Shown: positions 39,462-47,918 of the stretch, piece by piece
Layout of the letters: each line of letters opens with the position of its first letter
Position numbering within the stretch: the stretch's first letter is position 1
IMG/VR virus record: IMGVR_UViG_3300044825_001528
Span: 1 to 54,068 of that record
DNA from: a virus
Lineage: Duplodnaviria; Caudoviricetes
Length of the DNA: 54,068 bases
Direction: 5' to 3' (one strand)
Program-made: the position numbers and the translations under genes
The notes under the pieces: generated by a model
What the model saw: the letters and a program-made list of their open reading frames with translations, nothing else
Told to the model about the DNA's origin: nothing
Database searches by the model: none

Positions 39462-40318
39462 AAATCACGGAGATACTCACTGAAGCTCCGATTACTGATT
39501 ATGTGCCCATTGGAGATTTCAGCAAGGACCTACAGTTTAGAGGACCAGATGTTAAGTTAGCGGTTCACCCAACTAACATCCAAAAGGCTCGTGATTTTTT
39601 CTCTAACTCACCCTACAACTTCAGATTCTTCGTTGTTAATAGTCCCAGAGTGCGACAGCATCGCGAAACTGGCGAAGCGAGTCCTGAAAAAATCCGCGAA
39701 ATATTTCCCAAACAGGCAGATGCTATACTCAAAAATCACGAGAATGCCATCACCGTGATATACATTGGTAACTACGGTCAAGACAAAGTGATGTTCACGC
39801 CGTGGACTATGGCACATAGAGTAGGTCACGCAATCGTGGCAAGTGGAAGATATGATGCGCGAAAATTCAATAACAGCGCCTGGTATAAGCTAGAACAAGA
39901 TTTTCTAGAGAGTATGGGTCTGATATTACAGAACTTCTATGGACTTCAACTTGAGCGTAGAGCATACGGGTCATATTCAGTGTGGGGTAAAAATCGTCAG
40001 CATTTCAACGCACTATTCAACAAAATAGGAACTCAACGCAGCAGTCGTGAAAATCAGATTACCAGACCCTATGAGTTCTTATACGAACTATTCGCGCAAT
40101 TCATTCAGACAGGTGATGTAAAGTTTAATCCACTGCCTATCACCGCATCTTACGGTCGCAAAGCTTGGGGCAGACCAACCAACTATATTGGTTTAAAACA
40201 GCAATATAGAACTCCTGAATTTGATAGAGAAGCTAACCTGAATAAAGTTCGCGAGCAACTAATTAGAAACTTTAATGCGGTATTACAGGACGCTATGGGT
40301 AAAATTTATCTGATGTAA
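39458..40318 (+). CDS. Hypothetical protein with MKITEILTE leader and degenerate zincin-like HRxGH motif
   Basis: TPWTMAHRVGHA with downstream YELFAQ. Confidence 0.7.
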   Translation: MKITEILTEAPITDYVPIGDFSKDLQFRGPDVKLAVHPTNIQKARDFFSNSPYNFRFFVVNSPRVRQHRETGEASPEKIREIFPKQADAILKNHENAITVIYIGNYGQDKVMFTPWTMAHRVGHAIVASGRYDARKFNNSAWYKLEQDFLESMGLILQNFYGLQLERRAYGSYSVWGKNRQHFNALFNKIGTQRSSRENQITRPYEFLYELFAQFIQTGDVKFNPLPITASYGRKAWGRPTNYIGLKQQYRTPEFDREANLNKVREQLIRNFNAVLQDAMGKIYLM

Positions 40319-40322
40319 TGCT

Positions 40323-41078
40323 ATGAGATATCGCGAACTAATCACTGATGCTAGAAAGAATAAAAACGATCCGAAATATCCATTTCACGCTGGATGGGAT
40401 GAGTTGAATAGAATTAAACACAGAGCCAAAATGGTGGGAGATGATTTAGCTGATACATATCAGTTATTCATACCTAAAACTAATCTAGCGGGAATGACCA
40501 GACGAGAAAGAAGATTATCCAATCTTGCCAACAGATATGCCTATGATGAACGGGGTAATTTGCGACCACGATATAAAGATTGGGAAGAGAAAGGGCCAAT
40601 TAGCGAAGCGATACCAATATTGCCGACTGGAAAACCTAATATAGAAGCAGGCGGTAATAAACCAGGTCGAGCATTTTGGACAAGCACTGCGTATAAACAG
40701 AATGGTAGTTGGACTAGCGAATGGAATGAATGGGTAAAGGGTAATATGTCGCACTGGTCTAGTCCCATTGGATATCTGTATCGTGTTCGACCAGGCGCGC
40801 TATTATTGCCGTTTGATAATACATACGATGCCGAAAATATTCAACACGCATTCGCTGATTTAGAAGTTGCCAAACATCCTGAATTTGGTGGATTCGGCTA
40901 CACTACTGATTTTCCTTGGAATCAGATAGTCAAGCATTTTGACGGAGTTCATCACTATAATAGCGGTCGCCGTTTTGATGATTTCACCTATGGCTGGGAT
41001 GTTGAAAGCACTGCGTGGTTTAACACCGACTTCTTACAATTTGCTGGCGAAGTTAAGGTAAATACTTCTAAAGATTGA
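40323..41078 (+). CDS. Two-module hypothetical protein with MRYRELITD leader
   Basis: Basic N-module, PISE-A junction, then a KPGRAFWTST...FDGVH...GWDVES module. Confidence 0.7.
   Translation: MRYRELITDARKNKNDPKYPFHAGWDELNRIKHRAKMVGDDLADTYQLFIPKTNLAGMTRRERRLSNLANRYAYDERGNLRPRYKDWEEKGPISEAIPILPTGKPNIEAGGNKPGRAFWTSTAYKQNGSWTSEWNEWVKGNMSHWSSPIGYLYRVRPGALLLPFDNTYDAENIQHAFADLEVAKHPEFGGFGYTTDFPWNQIVKHFDGVHHYNSGRRFDDFTYGWDVESTAWFNTDFLQFAGEVKVNTSKD
41059..41064 (+). promoter_or_regulatory. Late promoter (TAAATA) for 41088
   Basis: GGTAAATA within the end of the upstream gene, 23 nt before the ATG. Confidence 0.5.
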
Positions 41079-41087
41079 GAATATAAT

Positions 41088-41972
41088 ATGAGAGCCAGAC
41101 AACTACAAGAAGATACCACAACGCTAAAACAGATATACGGCGACGAATATCCCGATGATTATGAGCGTATTTGGCTATATGTGACCTTGCGTGACTTTAA
41201 TATTCCCTTTACAATATTCACTATTCGTCCGCGTGAATTAGAACAACGACTAATATCTCAATACAGAGTAGAGGATTTAGATGAATTAACTGATAAATTG
41301 AAACCAGAACAACGACAGATACTCAAGCGATATATTCGCGATCCTAGATTATCAGACAGTATTATCATCGTTCACAACGATATGATAATTGACGGTAATC
41401 ATCGTGCTTTTGCCGCCGCTCTAAAGGGAGTTCCCGTTAGAGCGATTGATTTGGCAGAAACTGACGCAGAGCAATTGGACGAGAAGTGGAGCAAGAGTTA
41501 TAAGCGTAGTATTGATTGTAATAATCCCAAAGGATTTAGTCAGCGCGCTCATTGCGCCGCTCGCAAAGCTCGTCAGACTGGCAAAAAGACCAAGAGTGCC
41601 AGCGTTAATGAGGGCAGAACAGGAACATTAGCACCAGATGTGGCACGAGCATTACCCGCGGTATATGCTCTACCAGAGTTGCTCAATCAGGATCCCTATC
41701 TACAATACAGATTTGGTGTTGCTATTGCTGGTGCTAAAGGAGCCAAAAAGAGAGCAGAAGACGGAGTTCCTGATTATGGTAAAGAAAGTGCTTGGGGAGA
41801 GAACGAGATTATCGTAAGCTTTGATCCCGACATAGAAACATACATAGATGATGCACTAAAAGCAATGGGTATGAGTGGAAAGAAACTTATAAGCACCAGA
41901 AAGAGCGAAGAGGCAGAGGATGTTTCCAAAAACAGTCCAATCAAGCCTTTCAAGGGTTATCGGCGTCGTTAA
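41088..41972 (+). CDS. Three-module protein: ParB/Srx-like domain, small basic Cys module, paralog of 39093
   Basis: IIDGNHRAFAA (ParB-N-like); QLDE-KWSKSYKRSIDCNNPKGFSQRAHC; SVNE-GRTG...SPIKPFKGYRRR. Confidence 0.72.
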   Translation: MRARQLQEDTTTLKQIYGDEYPDDYERIWLYVTLRDFNIPFTIFTIRPRELEQRLISQYRVEDLDELTDKLKPEQRQILKRYIRDPRLSDSIIIVHNDMIIDGNHRAFAAALKGVPVRAIDLAETDAEQLDEKWSKSYKRSIDCNNPKGFSQRAHCAARKARQTGKKTKSASVNEGRTGTLAPDVARALPAVYALPELLNQDPYLQYRFGVAIAGAKGAKKRAEDGVPDYGKESAWGENEIIVSFDPDIETYIDDALKAMGMSGKKLISTRKSEEAEDVSKNSPIKPFKGYRRR

Positions 41973-43537
41973 TTGAATACTATGGTTCCACTTCCTGTAA
42001 AAGTATAAATTCTATATCCTCCTGACACTGTTATTGTTGGGCTTCCGGTAGTAGTAGCAGCAGAAATAGAGTCAGAAATGCGAAGTATTACAATACCACT
42101 ACCACCGCCTCCTCCAATACTGCTTCCGGAACCTCTTCCTCCACCACCGCCCCCGCTATTTGCTATCCCGGAAGTAGGATTAGAATCTCCAGCGGTTCCA
42201 CCTCCACCACCGCCACTACCACCACTCCCGGGAGAAGACCCTGTTATACATCCCCCTCCACCACCGCCCCCATATATCGCAGGAGATCCAGAAATTGAAG
42301 TCAATAATCCGCTACCACCTGCTCCCCCGACCCCATATCCAGAATTCGCTCCTACGATAGATGCTCCACCGCCTCCACCTCCGCTTCCGCCCACAGAATC
42401 TCTAACGCTAGACCCTCCATTATTTCCTTGTCCTAATATCCCGCTACCACCGCCACCTCCGTAGCCTCCTCCTCCACCGCTTCCTCCGTTGCTTCCATTG
42501 GACAAATTTTGTGGAAGATTTCCACTTCCACCCCCACCCCCAACAGATATTAAAATAGAAAAACGACTATCAGCGCCGTTCAATCCCCCAGAAACTGTGG
42601 CGGCTCCTCCGGCTCCGACCACTATATTGTAAGATTGCGCGGTTAATAATGAAACTGATCCGGCTCTAACTCCTCCGCCTCCTCCGCCTCCGCCAGCAGT
42701 CGTTCCTCCTCCGCCTCCTCCAGCAACAATTACATAATCAACTCCAATTGTCGGCGCTGGCCCAGCATTATCAGGAAAGGACGACCCCGGAGCCCAAACT
42801 ATTCTTACTGCTCCGCTCGCTCCAGCCGAAGACCCTGGATTATCTCCAATTACTACACCACCTCCCCCTCCTCCACCATATAACCCTCCAGGTCCTATTG
42901 GCTGTCCATCACCGCCCGGAGTAATACTACCATATAATCCAGTTCCCCCACCTCCGCCAGAGAAACTTGAAGTTATTATGCTTGATCCTGATCCACTACC
43001 TCCAGGAACTCCATAGCCACCCGCACCACCTCCACCACCCTGTCCATATCCTTGTGGTGTTGAACCACCGACGCCTCCACCTCCCCCATTACCGTCTCCA
43101 GCTCCTCCACTGGGTGCACCAAAAACGGAATATCCTCCAGATCCTCCATTATAACCAACATAACCAGACAATCCGCTAGCAACTCCTCCGGGGTTGGGCA
43201 CTACATTGCCATTGTTACCTCCTCCTCCTTGTACAATTGTTGTAGATCCATCTTTAACAAAGCTGGCAGTAGCAGCCCCGCCAACTTGAACAGACAAACT
43301 CTGTCCTGGAATAACTGGATAATTATTGTAATAAGCTAATGCTCCACCACTACCACCAGCCCAAGGATTTCCTGCCACCCCTCCAAATCCAGTACCGCCC
43401 CCACCTATAGCAACCATAGATACATTTGCTACATTACTTGGAACAATAAAAGTATAGCTTCCTGGAATATTATAGACAATATCTTGTCCTGTTGGAGCCT
43501 CTGATGGATTTCTTCTTCCTATTGGGTTTAAAAACAT
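41969..43537 (-). CDS. Glycine-rich virion/fibre-associated protein with two Gly-rich domains
   Basis: PGSYTFIVPSNVANVSMVAIGGGG...GASGAVRIVW and VDYVIVAGGGGGG...GGSGIVILR...YRIYTFTGSG; AAGGA SD and minus-strand TAAATA upstream. Confidence 0.82.
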   Translation of the reverse strand: MFLNPIGRRNPSEAPTGQDIVYNIPGSYTFIVPSNVANVSMVAIGGGGTGFGGVAGNPWAGGSGGALAYYNNYPVIPGQSLSVQVGGAATASFVKDGSTTIVQGGGGNNGNVVPNPGGVASGLSGYVGYNGGSGGYSVFGAPSGGAGDGNGGGGGVGGSTPQGYGQGGGGGAGGYGVPGGSGSGSSIITSSFSGGGGGTGLYGSITPGGDGQPIGPGGLYGGGGGGGVVIGDNPGSSAGASGAVRIVWAPGSSFPDNAGPAPTIGVDYVIVAGGGGGGTTAGGGGGGGGVRAGSVSLLTAQSYNIVVGAGGAATVSGGLNGADSRFSILISVGGGGGSGNLPQNLSNGSNGGSGGGGGYGGGGGSGILGQGNNGGSSVRDSVGGSGGGGGGASIVGANSGYGVGGAGGSGLLTSISGSPAIYGGGGGGGCITGSSPGSGGSGGGGGGTAGDSNPTSGIANSGGGGGGRGSGSSIGGGGGSGIVILRISDSISAATTTGSPTITVSGGYRIYTFTGSGTIVFN

Positions 43538-43560
43538 AGCCGTGTTTCCTTAATATTGTC

Positions 43561-43572
43561 TAAATATATTTA
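43561..43572. promoter_or_regulatory. Perfect palindrome TAAATATATTTA, i.e. two opposed late promoter boxes
   Basis: Plus TAAATA 43561-66 faces ATG 43572; minus TAAATA 43567-72 faces ATG 43537. Confidence 0.68.
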
Positions 43573-43763
43573 TGAATGAATTAGAAACTATATTACATTT
43601 GGCTGGGGTCAAAAAACAGGACAATAGTTATGGCAAGAGTATTACGCTGACTTCCAGCGATAAAGCTAGAATAATGCGTGAGAATAATATTAGACCAGGA
43701 ACTGATGCTTGGTTCAAGTTATGGTTCTCAAAACCCTACTTAACGGGAGAGAAACCAGTATGA
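43572..43763 (+). CDS. Small protein coupled to terminase
   Basis: MNELETILHLAGV...NIRPGTDAWFKLWF; ATGA overlap with terminase. Confidence 0.7.
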   Translation: MNELETILHLAGVKKQDNSYGKSITLTSSDKARIMRENNIRPGTDAWFKLWFSKPYLTGEKPV

Positions 43764-45328
43764 GCAACGATAATCAGTTTATTAGGTCTAAAGGCCAGAT
43801 AATAGAGCTTACTACTGAACAAATAGATGAAGTCATAAAATGTGCTGATCCTGATACTGGATATCACTACTTTATGACCAACTATTTCTATATTCAGCAT
43901 CCTACGCTTGGACAAACACTATACGATCCCTATGCCTATCAAGTTGATCTGATCAAGAACTATCACGAAAACAGATTTAGCGTATCACTGCTTGGGCGTC
44001 AGCTAGGTAAAACTACCAGTGCTGCTGGTTATCTACTATGGTTTGCAATGTTCCAATACGATAAGACCATATTGATTGCAGCACACCAATATAGTGGCGC
44101 TCAAGAGATTATGCAGCGTATTAGATACGCATATGAAATGTGCCCAATGTGGTTGAAACCAGGAGTAGAAGCATATAATCAGGGCAATATTGACTTTGAG
44201 AATAAGAGTAGAATAGTAGCCAGAGCAACTACAGAAAAAACTGGTCGTGGTATGTCTCTATCACTATTATATTTGGACGAGTTTGCGTTTGTAAGACCAA
44301 CTATAGCAAAAGAGTTCTGGACAGCAATATCACCAACGCTAGCTACTGGTGGTAAATGTATTATCACCAGCACTCCCAATAGTGATGAGGATCAGTTTGC
44401 TCAAATCTGGAAACAAGCTAATAAGAAAATAGATGAGTGGGGGAATCCTACCAAAGTTGGCAAGAATGGATTCAGCCCCTATAAGGCAATATGGAATCAG
44501 CATCCAGACCGAGATGAAGCCTGGGCTAATGAAGAGCGATCAAAGATTGGTGAAGAAAGATTTCTACGCGAACATTGCTGTGAGTTCATAATCTATGAAG
44601 AAACATTGATTAATGGTATTACATTAAGCGATTTAGAAGGTATTAATCCCATTAGCAAAACTGGTCAAGTTCGTTGGTATAAAAAACCCACTAAAGGTCA
44701 CATATATGTAGTGGCATTAGATCCTAGTTTGGGAACGGGCGGAGATAATGCTGCTATACAAGTGTGGGAAGCAGATACCACCACTCAAGTAGCAGAATGG
44801 GCACATAATAGAACAACAATACCAGAGCAGATCAAGCTATTAGCAAATATCAATAAGCAGATATTAGAAGAAACTAATGAGCCAAACAATCTGTATTACT
44901 CACTTGAAAACAACACCATTGGCGAAGCAGCACTAATCAGTTTGTTTGAGTATGGTGAAGAGAATATCAAGGGTTATATGTTAAGTGAGAATAAGTCCGC
45001 TGGTAATGCTCGTAGATTTCGTAGAGGATTCAATACTACTCACAAGAATAAACTATCAAGCTGTGCAAAATTGAAACATCTGATAGAAAGCAAAAAAATG
45101 AAGATAGCCAGTAGTAATCTTATCAGCGAACTGAAAACTTTTGTTGCAAGCGGTGGTAGCTATGCTGCTAAACAGGGAGAAACTGATGACTTGATTATGG
45201 CTACTCTACTTGCGGTCAGAATGTTGCAGCATTTACAAAGTTATAATGTTGATTTAGATCAGCATATTAGAGATCATAATGAGATCATTGAGCCATTGCC
45301 GTTCATTATGACAATGAGTGTAGCATAA
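43760..45328 (+). CDS. gp17: Terminase large subunit
   Basis: GRQLGKTT Walker A, LLYLDEFAFV Walker B, ITSTPN, FLREHCCEF, ALDPSLGTGGD, ENN, DDLIMA; start at ATG 43760. Confidence 0.95.
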   Translation: MSNDNQFIRSKGQIIELTTEQIDEVIKCADPDTGYHYFMTNYFYIQHPTLGQTLYDPYAYQVDLIKNYHENRFSVSLLGRQLGKTTSAAGYLLWFAMFQYDKTILIAAHQYSGAQEIMQRIRYAYEMCPMWLKPGVEAYNQGNIDFENKSRIVARATTEKTGRGMSLSLLYLDEFAFVRPTIAKEFWTAISPTLATGGKCIITSTPNSDEDQFAQIWKQANKKIDEWGNPTKVGKNGFSPYKAIWNQHPDRDEAWANEERSKIGEERFLREHCCEFIIYEETLINGITLSDLEGINPISKTGQVRWYKKPTKGHIYVVALDPSLGTGGDNAAIQVWEADTTTQVAEWAHNRTTIPEQIKLLANINKQILEETNEPNNLYYSLENNTIGEAALISLFEYGEENIKGYMLSENKSAGNARRFRRGFNTTHKNKLSSCAKLKHLIESKKMKIASSNLISELKTFVASGGSYAAKQGETDDLIMATLLAVRMLQHLQSYNVDLDQHIRDHNEIIEPLPFIMTMSVA

Positions 45329-45331
45329 ATA
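45326..45331 (+). promoter_or_regulatory. Late promoter (TAAATA) overlapping the terminase stop
   Basis: CATAAATA-7 nt-ATG 45339. Confidence 0.65.
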
Positions 45332-45338
45332 ATAGATT

Positions 45339-46379
45339 ATGCGTATATCTGAAATACTTAATGAAGTTGATCGTAGAGGGTTTTTGAAGAAATTAGCAGG
45401 AGGTGCTGCGGCTGGAGCGGCAGCAGTTGGTGCTCTAAAAGCACCCTGGGAAAAATTCTTCAAAGGTGACGAGGTATCAGATGATTATGGTAAAGAAGCA
45501 GAACCAGTAAATATTCCCAGACAGGCAATGCTAATCAATTTAGCTAGAAGACAAATGGAAAATCTGCGATCAATGAATATTATTAATTCGGCTACATTAC
45601 AGCAGTATTCAGAAAGAGCATTAATTAGAGCATTATTATCGGCTAAACCATATGCTTCAAATCAAGAAATAGCACAATTTTTGGCACAATGTAAGGGAGA
45701 AACTGGAGCTTTTACTAGTCTAGACGAGAGATTAGAATGGAAAACTCCCGAGAGAATGTTTAGGCATTTCACAAAGAAACTCAATCCAAATATCAAGAAT
45801 GTGGATAATATTAGTCCTGAAGAACGACAGATCGGTATGGAAAAAGCACAAGAGCTAATATCAAACCCAGAAGATTTTAAATCACCCTATCTTGCCAATT
45901 TCATCTATGCTAATGTCATTGGAAACGGCCCAGAAGATACTGGTGATGGTTGGAATTACAGAGGAAAAGGATTCTTGCATTTGACTGGAAAAGCTAATTA
46001 TAGAGATATTGGCGGAGAATCATTGGTTGCTAATCCAGATTTATTGCTTACTGATATGAATTGGGCGATATTTACAGCAGTTAATTATTGGCTAAAAAGA
46101 GTAGCGTCTAAATCTAATGATTGGGCAGATACAGCAAAAATTACTAAACTAGTTAATCCAAACACAGGTGCCGATGCAATAAGCAAAAGAGATCGTTATT
46201 TCAAAGAATATATGAAGATAATAGGTTCTGTTGCTGATGAAATAAGAAAAGAACTACACATTAGACAACCACATCTTCCAAAAAATCGTCCGCATCCAAG
46301 CACAGAACGCCCAACTCTTAAGACTCCTCCAAAGACTAAAACTAAAAAACCAGCTATTAAAAAGCCAACAAGGAAGTAG
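45339..46379 (+). CDS. GH19-family peptidoglycan hydrolase with twin-arginine-like N-terminal signal
   Basis: AQFLAQCKGETG, ANFIYANVIGNG, GDGWNYRGKGFLHLTGKANY, NPDLL, ITKLVN; N-terminus MRISEILNE-VDRRGFLKKLAGGAAAGAAAVGAL. Confidence 0.85.
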   Translation: MRISEILNEVDRRGFLKKLAGGAAAGAAAVGALKAPWEKFFKGDEVSDDYGKEAEPVNIPRQAMLINLARRQMENLRSMNIINSATLQQYSERALIRALLSAKPYASNQEIAQFLAQCKGETGAFTSLDERLEWKTPERMFRHFTKKLNPNIKNVDNISPEERQIGMEKAQELISNPEDFKSPYLANFIYANVIGNGPEDTGDGWNYRGKGFLHLTGKANYRDIGGESLVANPDLLLTDMNWAIFTAVNYWLKRVASKSNDWADTAKITKLVNPNTGADAISKRDRYFKEYMKIIGSVADEIRKELHIRQPHLPKNRPHPSTERPTLKTPPKTKTKKPAIKKPTRK

Positions 46380-46401
46380 AATAACAATAGGCTCTATTTG
46401 A

Positions 46402-46407
46402 TAAATA
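46402..46407 (+). promoter_or_regulatory. Late promoter (TAAATA)
   Basis: GATAAATA 25 nt before ATG 46433. Confidence 0.68.
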
Positions 46408-46432
46408 GTAGATAATATGGATTTTTATCACT

Positions 46433-47908
46433 ATGCCAAAATCAGCCGATACTATATTGCCAGAGCTTTATGATCTATTGAAGACCAAGGGATTTAATCC
46501 CAAATCATTTAAATCTGGTAAAAAATCTGTAGTTCCAGGTGAAGCTACACTGATTAGCTTTCGTTTCAAAGATGATGATAAGGAGTATGGAACTAGTCAT
46601 GTGGCTATTGACAATCTGCGTCAGCTTATTCTGTTTTATAATAGAGCAGCAATGCGTGATGCTAAAACAGCCTGGACTAGCTTTATCAAAGAACTTAAGA
46701 ATTGGGGAATGCGTAGAGGAATTCAAAAATTTGATCTAGATACTGTTGATAATCTTCAAGATTATTTGGAGCGTAGAGAAAGTTCAGAAAGATTGGACGA
46801 AAGTTATCACGGCACAAAATATACTAGCTATAGTGACAAAACTCCCAAAACAGTTAAGCTTATAATCAAACATAATAAGGCTCTTGAAGAAACTGATAAA
46901 CGCTACAGACATGTAGATAAGATATTCGTTGAGAATGAACAGGGTGAAAGATTTATATTGCCAACCAAGAAACCCAGTGTGGGTTATGTTTATGCTAGAT
47001 TGATAGCAGAGGGTGGTAATCCCTATGATGAGCGTGGTAAGCATATAGCTGAAATCAGTGAAGATATATCACGATTGGCTGGTTTTGTTCGCGCAACCAA
47101 ATCAAAGCAATTCAATGAGAGCATTCAATCATTAGTCAGTGAGGCAACAGAACAATACTATAAACTGCGTGAGACATTACATAAATTGCGTGGCTCACGA
47201 GGGTTTCGTGAGTATTTTGAAAACTGGCAGCCTACTCTAATGGAAAATGATACTGATATTGATAGACTTAAATCAGCATTTGAAAACTCAAGCATTGATC
47301 CAAGAATAGAACAAGCACTGCCAACATTGAGTAAGTTCAACATTAATGTCTCTGAAATGACCGAAAGCTATCAATTTGAGGATTGGGCAAATGATTTCTT
47401 GAATGAGGAACTAAAGCCAAATCTACAGGGTCAGGTTGATGAACTGATAGAACTATTAGGAGCGGATAGTGATCCACTACCATTAGGTCCTGATGCTACT
47501 AATGTGCTTGGAGTATTAGAGAACTTGATTGATGACGACAAATTGAGTCAGAGATTAATCAGAGCGGCTGAAGCAGATCCAAATAACGATGCTCGCCCAC
47601 TTATTATAGGATGGATGAGTGAGCACAGTGATGACGATATGTATAGAGAGGTTTTGGACAGTGTAAACCCAGAAGAGGAAGAATCAATGCCTCAAGAAAC
47701 TCCTCCAGCAGAACCTTCTGATGCAAATAACAATGCTGCTGATGCTGCTGCACCCATTGAACAACCTAATATAGAAATGCCACCAGAACAAGAAGAACCT
47801 GCACCTGAATTGCCTGGATTACCTGGATCTGCACCTAAACAACAAAAACCACTTAAAGAATCAGCAGATTTACAGCGCCTTCGTGTATTGAGTGGATTGA
47901 TCAAATAA
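46433..47908 (+). CDS. Head-associated/internal protein of unknown function
   Basis: GTKYTSY...KLIIKH...IFVENEQGERF...GGNPYD; many x-x-E-S sites; ends LQRLRVLSGLIK like the scaffold terminus. Confidence 0.7.
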   Translation: MPKSADTILPELYDLLKTKGFNPKSFKSGKKSVVPGEATLISFRFKDDDKEYGTSHVAIDNLRQLILFYNRAAMRDAKTAWTSFIKELKNWGMRRGIQKFDLDTVDNLQDYLERRESSERLDESYHGTKYTSYSDKTPKTVKLIIKHNKALEETDKRYRHVDKIFVENEQGERFILPTKKPSVGYVYARLIAEGGNPYDERGKHIAEISEDISRLAGFVRATKSKQFNESIQSLVSEATEQYYKLRETLHKLRGSRGFREYFENWQPTLMENDTDIDRLKSAFENSSIDPRIEQALPTLSKFNINVSEMTESYQFEDWANDFLNEELKPNLQGQVDELIELLGADSDPLPLGPDATNVLGVLENLIDDDKLSQRLIRAAEADPNNDARPLIIGWMSEHSDDDMYREVLDSVNPEEEESMPQETPPAEPSDANNNAADAAAPIEQPNIEMPPEQEEPAPELPGLPGSAPKQQKPLKESADLQRLRVLSGLIK

Positions 47909-47918
47909 GGAAGTAGTA

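Noticed and set aside
42078-42464. Poly-proline ORF
   Set aside because: Antisense mirror of the Gly codons of 41969..43537.
43760-45328. Intein or intron in terminase or other core genes
   Set aside because: Lengths are normal and motifs contiguous; no splicing motifs seen.
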